From Acidiferrobacteraceae bacterium (GTDB lineage Bacteria > Pseudomonadota > Gammaproteobacteria > Acidiferrobacterales > Sulfurifustaceae), in assembly GCA_021323795.1 (NCBI GenBank), contig JAJPKH010000306.1:11221-75220 (forward strand): a stretch of DNA of 64,000 bases, read 5' to 3'. A program made the translations under genes and the position numbers. A model generated the notes under the pieces. It was not told the origin of the DNA, made no database searches, and was given only the letters and a program-made list of their open reading frames with translations. This document shows, in pieces, positions 62,696 through 64,000 of this stretch (positions are counted from its first letter, which is position 1; the number at the start of each line of letters is the position of its first letter).

Positions 62696-62965
62696 CTACC
62701 CAACGGAGCGCCAAGGATCATCCGCAGCAACAACCGCCGCCGCGCTTCGGCGCGGCGCCTCTCCCACGGCATAACCCGCGCGCTCGACCGCCGTTTTCAT
62801 CTGGTCCGTGGACGCACGCTGCTCATCGAACTGGACGGTTACCTCGCCCACCGCGAGCGACACGTTGATGTCTTTCACGCTATCGACCGCCTGCAACGCG
62901 TGCGTTACCTTGCCGACGCAACGGCCGCAGCTCATGCCCGACACCTTTAAAAGCTCAGTTTGCAT
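62696..62965 (-). CDS. HMA-domain metallochaperone-like protein
   Basis: MQTELLKVSGMSCGRCVGKVTHAL. Confidence 0.8.
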   Translation of the reverse strand: MQTELLKVSGMSCGRCVGKVTHALQAVDSVKDINVSLAVGEVTVQFDEQRASTDQMKTAVERAGYAVGEAPRRSAAAVVAADDPWRSVG

Positions 62966-62986
62966 AGTGATGCTCCTGCTCCGTCA

Positions 62987-63919
62987 TTACATGGACGAGA
63001 CACTGCCCGCCTCGCCCGGTTGCGCACCCGGCGAACGGTCCATTAACTCCAGCGCCGCTGTCCCAACAACCGCCGCGACATCGATGGCATTCGTTTCGTG
63101 TTCGATGGTGTTGCAAGTAACGACGCGTGTCGCGCCGGCAGCACGGAGATCGCGATACGCCGAACCCGCGAATACCGCATGCACGCCGACGCACACCGGC
63201 GGCGCGAGGCCCGCGCGCTTCAGCTGCCCGACCGTTTCGATCATCGTGTGCGCGGTGGAGATAATGTCATCGACCAGTACCGGCGTGCGGCTCCGGTGTA
63301 ATTCGATGTCCGGTACCGATACCTCTACGTCCCGATCGCCGCGCCGAATCTTCTGCAGCACCAGATACGGCGCGCCCGCCGCGCGTGCCACGGCGGCAAC
63401 CCACTGTTCGCTTTCGCCGTCCGGTCCGATCAGCACCGGCGTGTTTAGCCGAGCGACCCATTGCGAGATCAACGGCGCGGCGTGCACCACGCGATTGGGT
63501 ACCGAGTAGATTTCATCGAGATCCGAGAATCGGTGTAAATGAGGGTCGACAGTCACAAGCCAATCGGCGAACAGCGAGACGATTTGGGCGAAGTGTCGCG
63601 AGGTGACCGCCTCGCCCTCATGAAACCGTTGATCCTGACGCATGTACGCGAGATAGGGCGCGATCAGACCGACGCGCGTGGCGCCGAGCTCGCGTGCGGT
63701 GCGCGCTAGGAATAACAGCGGTAACAATTTCGCGTTCGGGCGGTCGAGCGTACACAGAAGAACCACCTCGCGTCCGGCAACGGGCGAGTCGATGCGCACA
63801 TAAGATTCTCCGTCGGGAAATTCGCGCAACGTCAACGTGCCTCGCTCGGCGTCGAGTTGTGACACGAGCGAATCGGCGAGATGGGTGTTGCCCGGCAACG
63901 CAAAGAGCAGCGGTTTCAT
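62987..63919 (-). CDS. prs: Ribose-phosphate pyrophosphokinase (PRPP synthetase)
   Basis: REFPDGESYVRI, APYLAYMRQDQRF, VLVDDIISTAHTM (PRPP-binding loop). Confidence 0.9.
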   Translation of the reverse strand: MKPLLFALPGNTHLADSLVSQLDAERGTLTLREFPDGESYVRIDSPVAGREVVLLCTLDRPNAKLLPLLFLARTARELGATRVGLIAPYLAYMRQDQRFHEGEAVTSRHFAQIVSLFADWLVTVDPHLHRFSDLDEIYSVPNRVVHAAPLISQWVARLNTPVLIGPDGESEQWVAAVARAAGAPYLVLQKIRRGDRDVEVSVPDIELHRSRTPVLVDDIISTAHTMIETVGQLKRAGLAPPVCVGVHAVFAGSAYRDLRAAGATRVVTCNTIEHETNAIDVAAVVGTAALELMDRSPGAQPGEAGSVSSM

Positions 63920-64000
63920 GCGGGCGCCACCTCGACGATTGGCGCCTGGCCCTCTACGTAATCGAGCGCATAGGCAAGTTCGCCCGGCGTTTCGGCATGC
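63916..64000 (-). CDS. 3' end of an unidentified upstream gene, coupled to prs by an ATGA overlap
   Basis: The frame reads ...HAETPGELAYALDYVEGQAPIVEVAPA*. This is too short to classify. Confidence 0.3.
   Translation of the reverse strand, partial: HAETPGELAYALDYVEGQAPIVEVAPA

Noticed and set aside
1-64000. Search for CRISPR arrays, IS elements, transposases, integrases, and rRNA or tRNA genes
   Set aside because: No regularly spaced direct repeats were seen. No DDE-transposase, tyrosine-recombinase or serine-recombinase-like ORFs appear in the six-frame track. No rRNA-like or cloverleaf sequences were recognised. The mobility of the island therefore cannot be shown from this window.

Overview
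The window is a GC-rich, Gram-negative (proteobacterium-like) segment with high coding density. I recognised no rRNA, tRNA, CRISPR array, transposase or integrase.

Positions 1 to about 51.6 kb form a large multi-metal resistance and homeostasis island, made of these parts:
- (i) A czc-like module on the minus strand. It holds a frameshifted czcD, a TPM-domain gene, DUF3240, an HME-RND pump and an outer-membrane factor, but no membrane-fusion (adaptor) gene.
- (ii) A pbr-type lead operon with pbrR divergent from pbrA, a pbrB/C fusion and a short CDF. It has a recognisable MerR-type 19-bp-spacer promoter.
- (iii) A mer operon, merR/merT-merP. Its reductase is an atypical core-only flavoprotein disulfide oxidoreductase, preceded by an AhpD/CMD-like protein that ends in a vicinal Cys pair.
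- (iv) A 23-kb co-directional copper and thiol-redox supercluster. It contains Cox11, 2x Sco, DsbA, TlpA, CcmG, CcdA, CopG/DUF411, a multicopper oxidase, Met-rich proteins, 2 cytochromes c, a PII-like protein, a YHS protein, an outer-membrane barrel and cusFCBA.
- (v) An 8.5-kb minus-strand operon of ten tightly packed genes. It joins an HMA chaperone, a P1B-ATPase with an unusual YPC motif, a LolCDE-like ABC system (two FtsX permeases plus one ATPase), a small secreted protein, merT-merP, a MerR-family regulator, a thioredoxin-like protein and a CcdA-like protein. It has no merA.
- (vi) A GDCCVxC protein, a Cys-rich four-helix-bundle protein, an MFS transporter, a phosphomannomutase remnant and a CopB-like ATPase with a CPD motif.

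Positions 51.6 to 64 kb are housekeeping-like genes on the same strand: FtsH, alpha-glucan phosphorylase, transaldolase, phosphoketolase, HAD hydrolase, PLD/cardiolipin synthase, acetate kinase, an HMA protein and PRPP synthetase.

Several genes show decay: frameshifts, one TGG->TAG nonsense codon, one truncation and one probable internal deletion.

All functional calls rest on motif and architecture recognition by eye. No database search was run.
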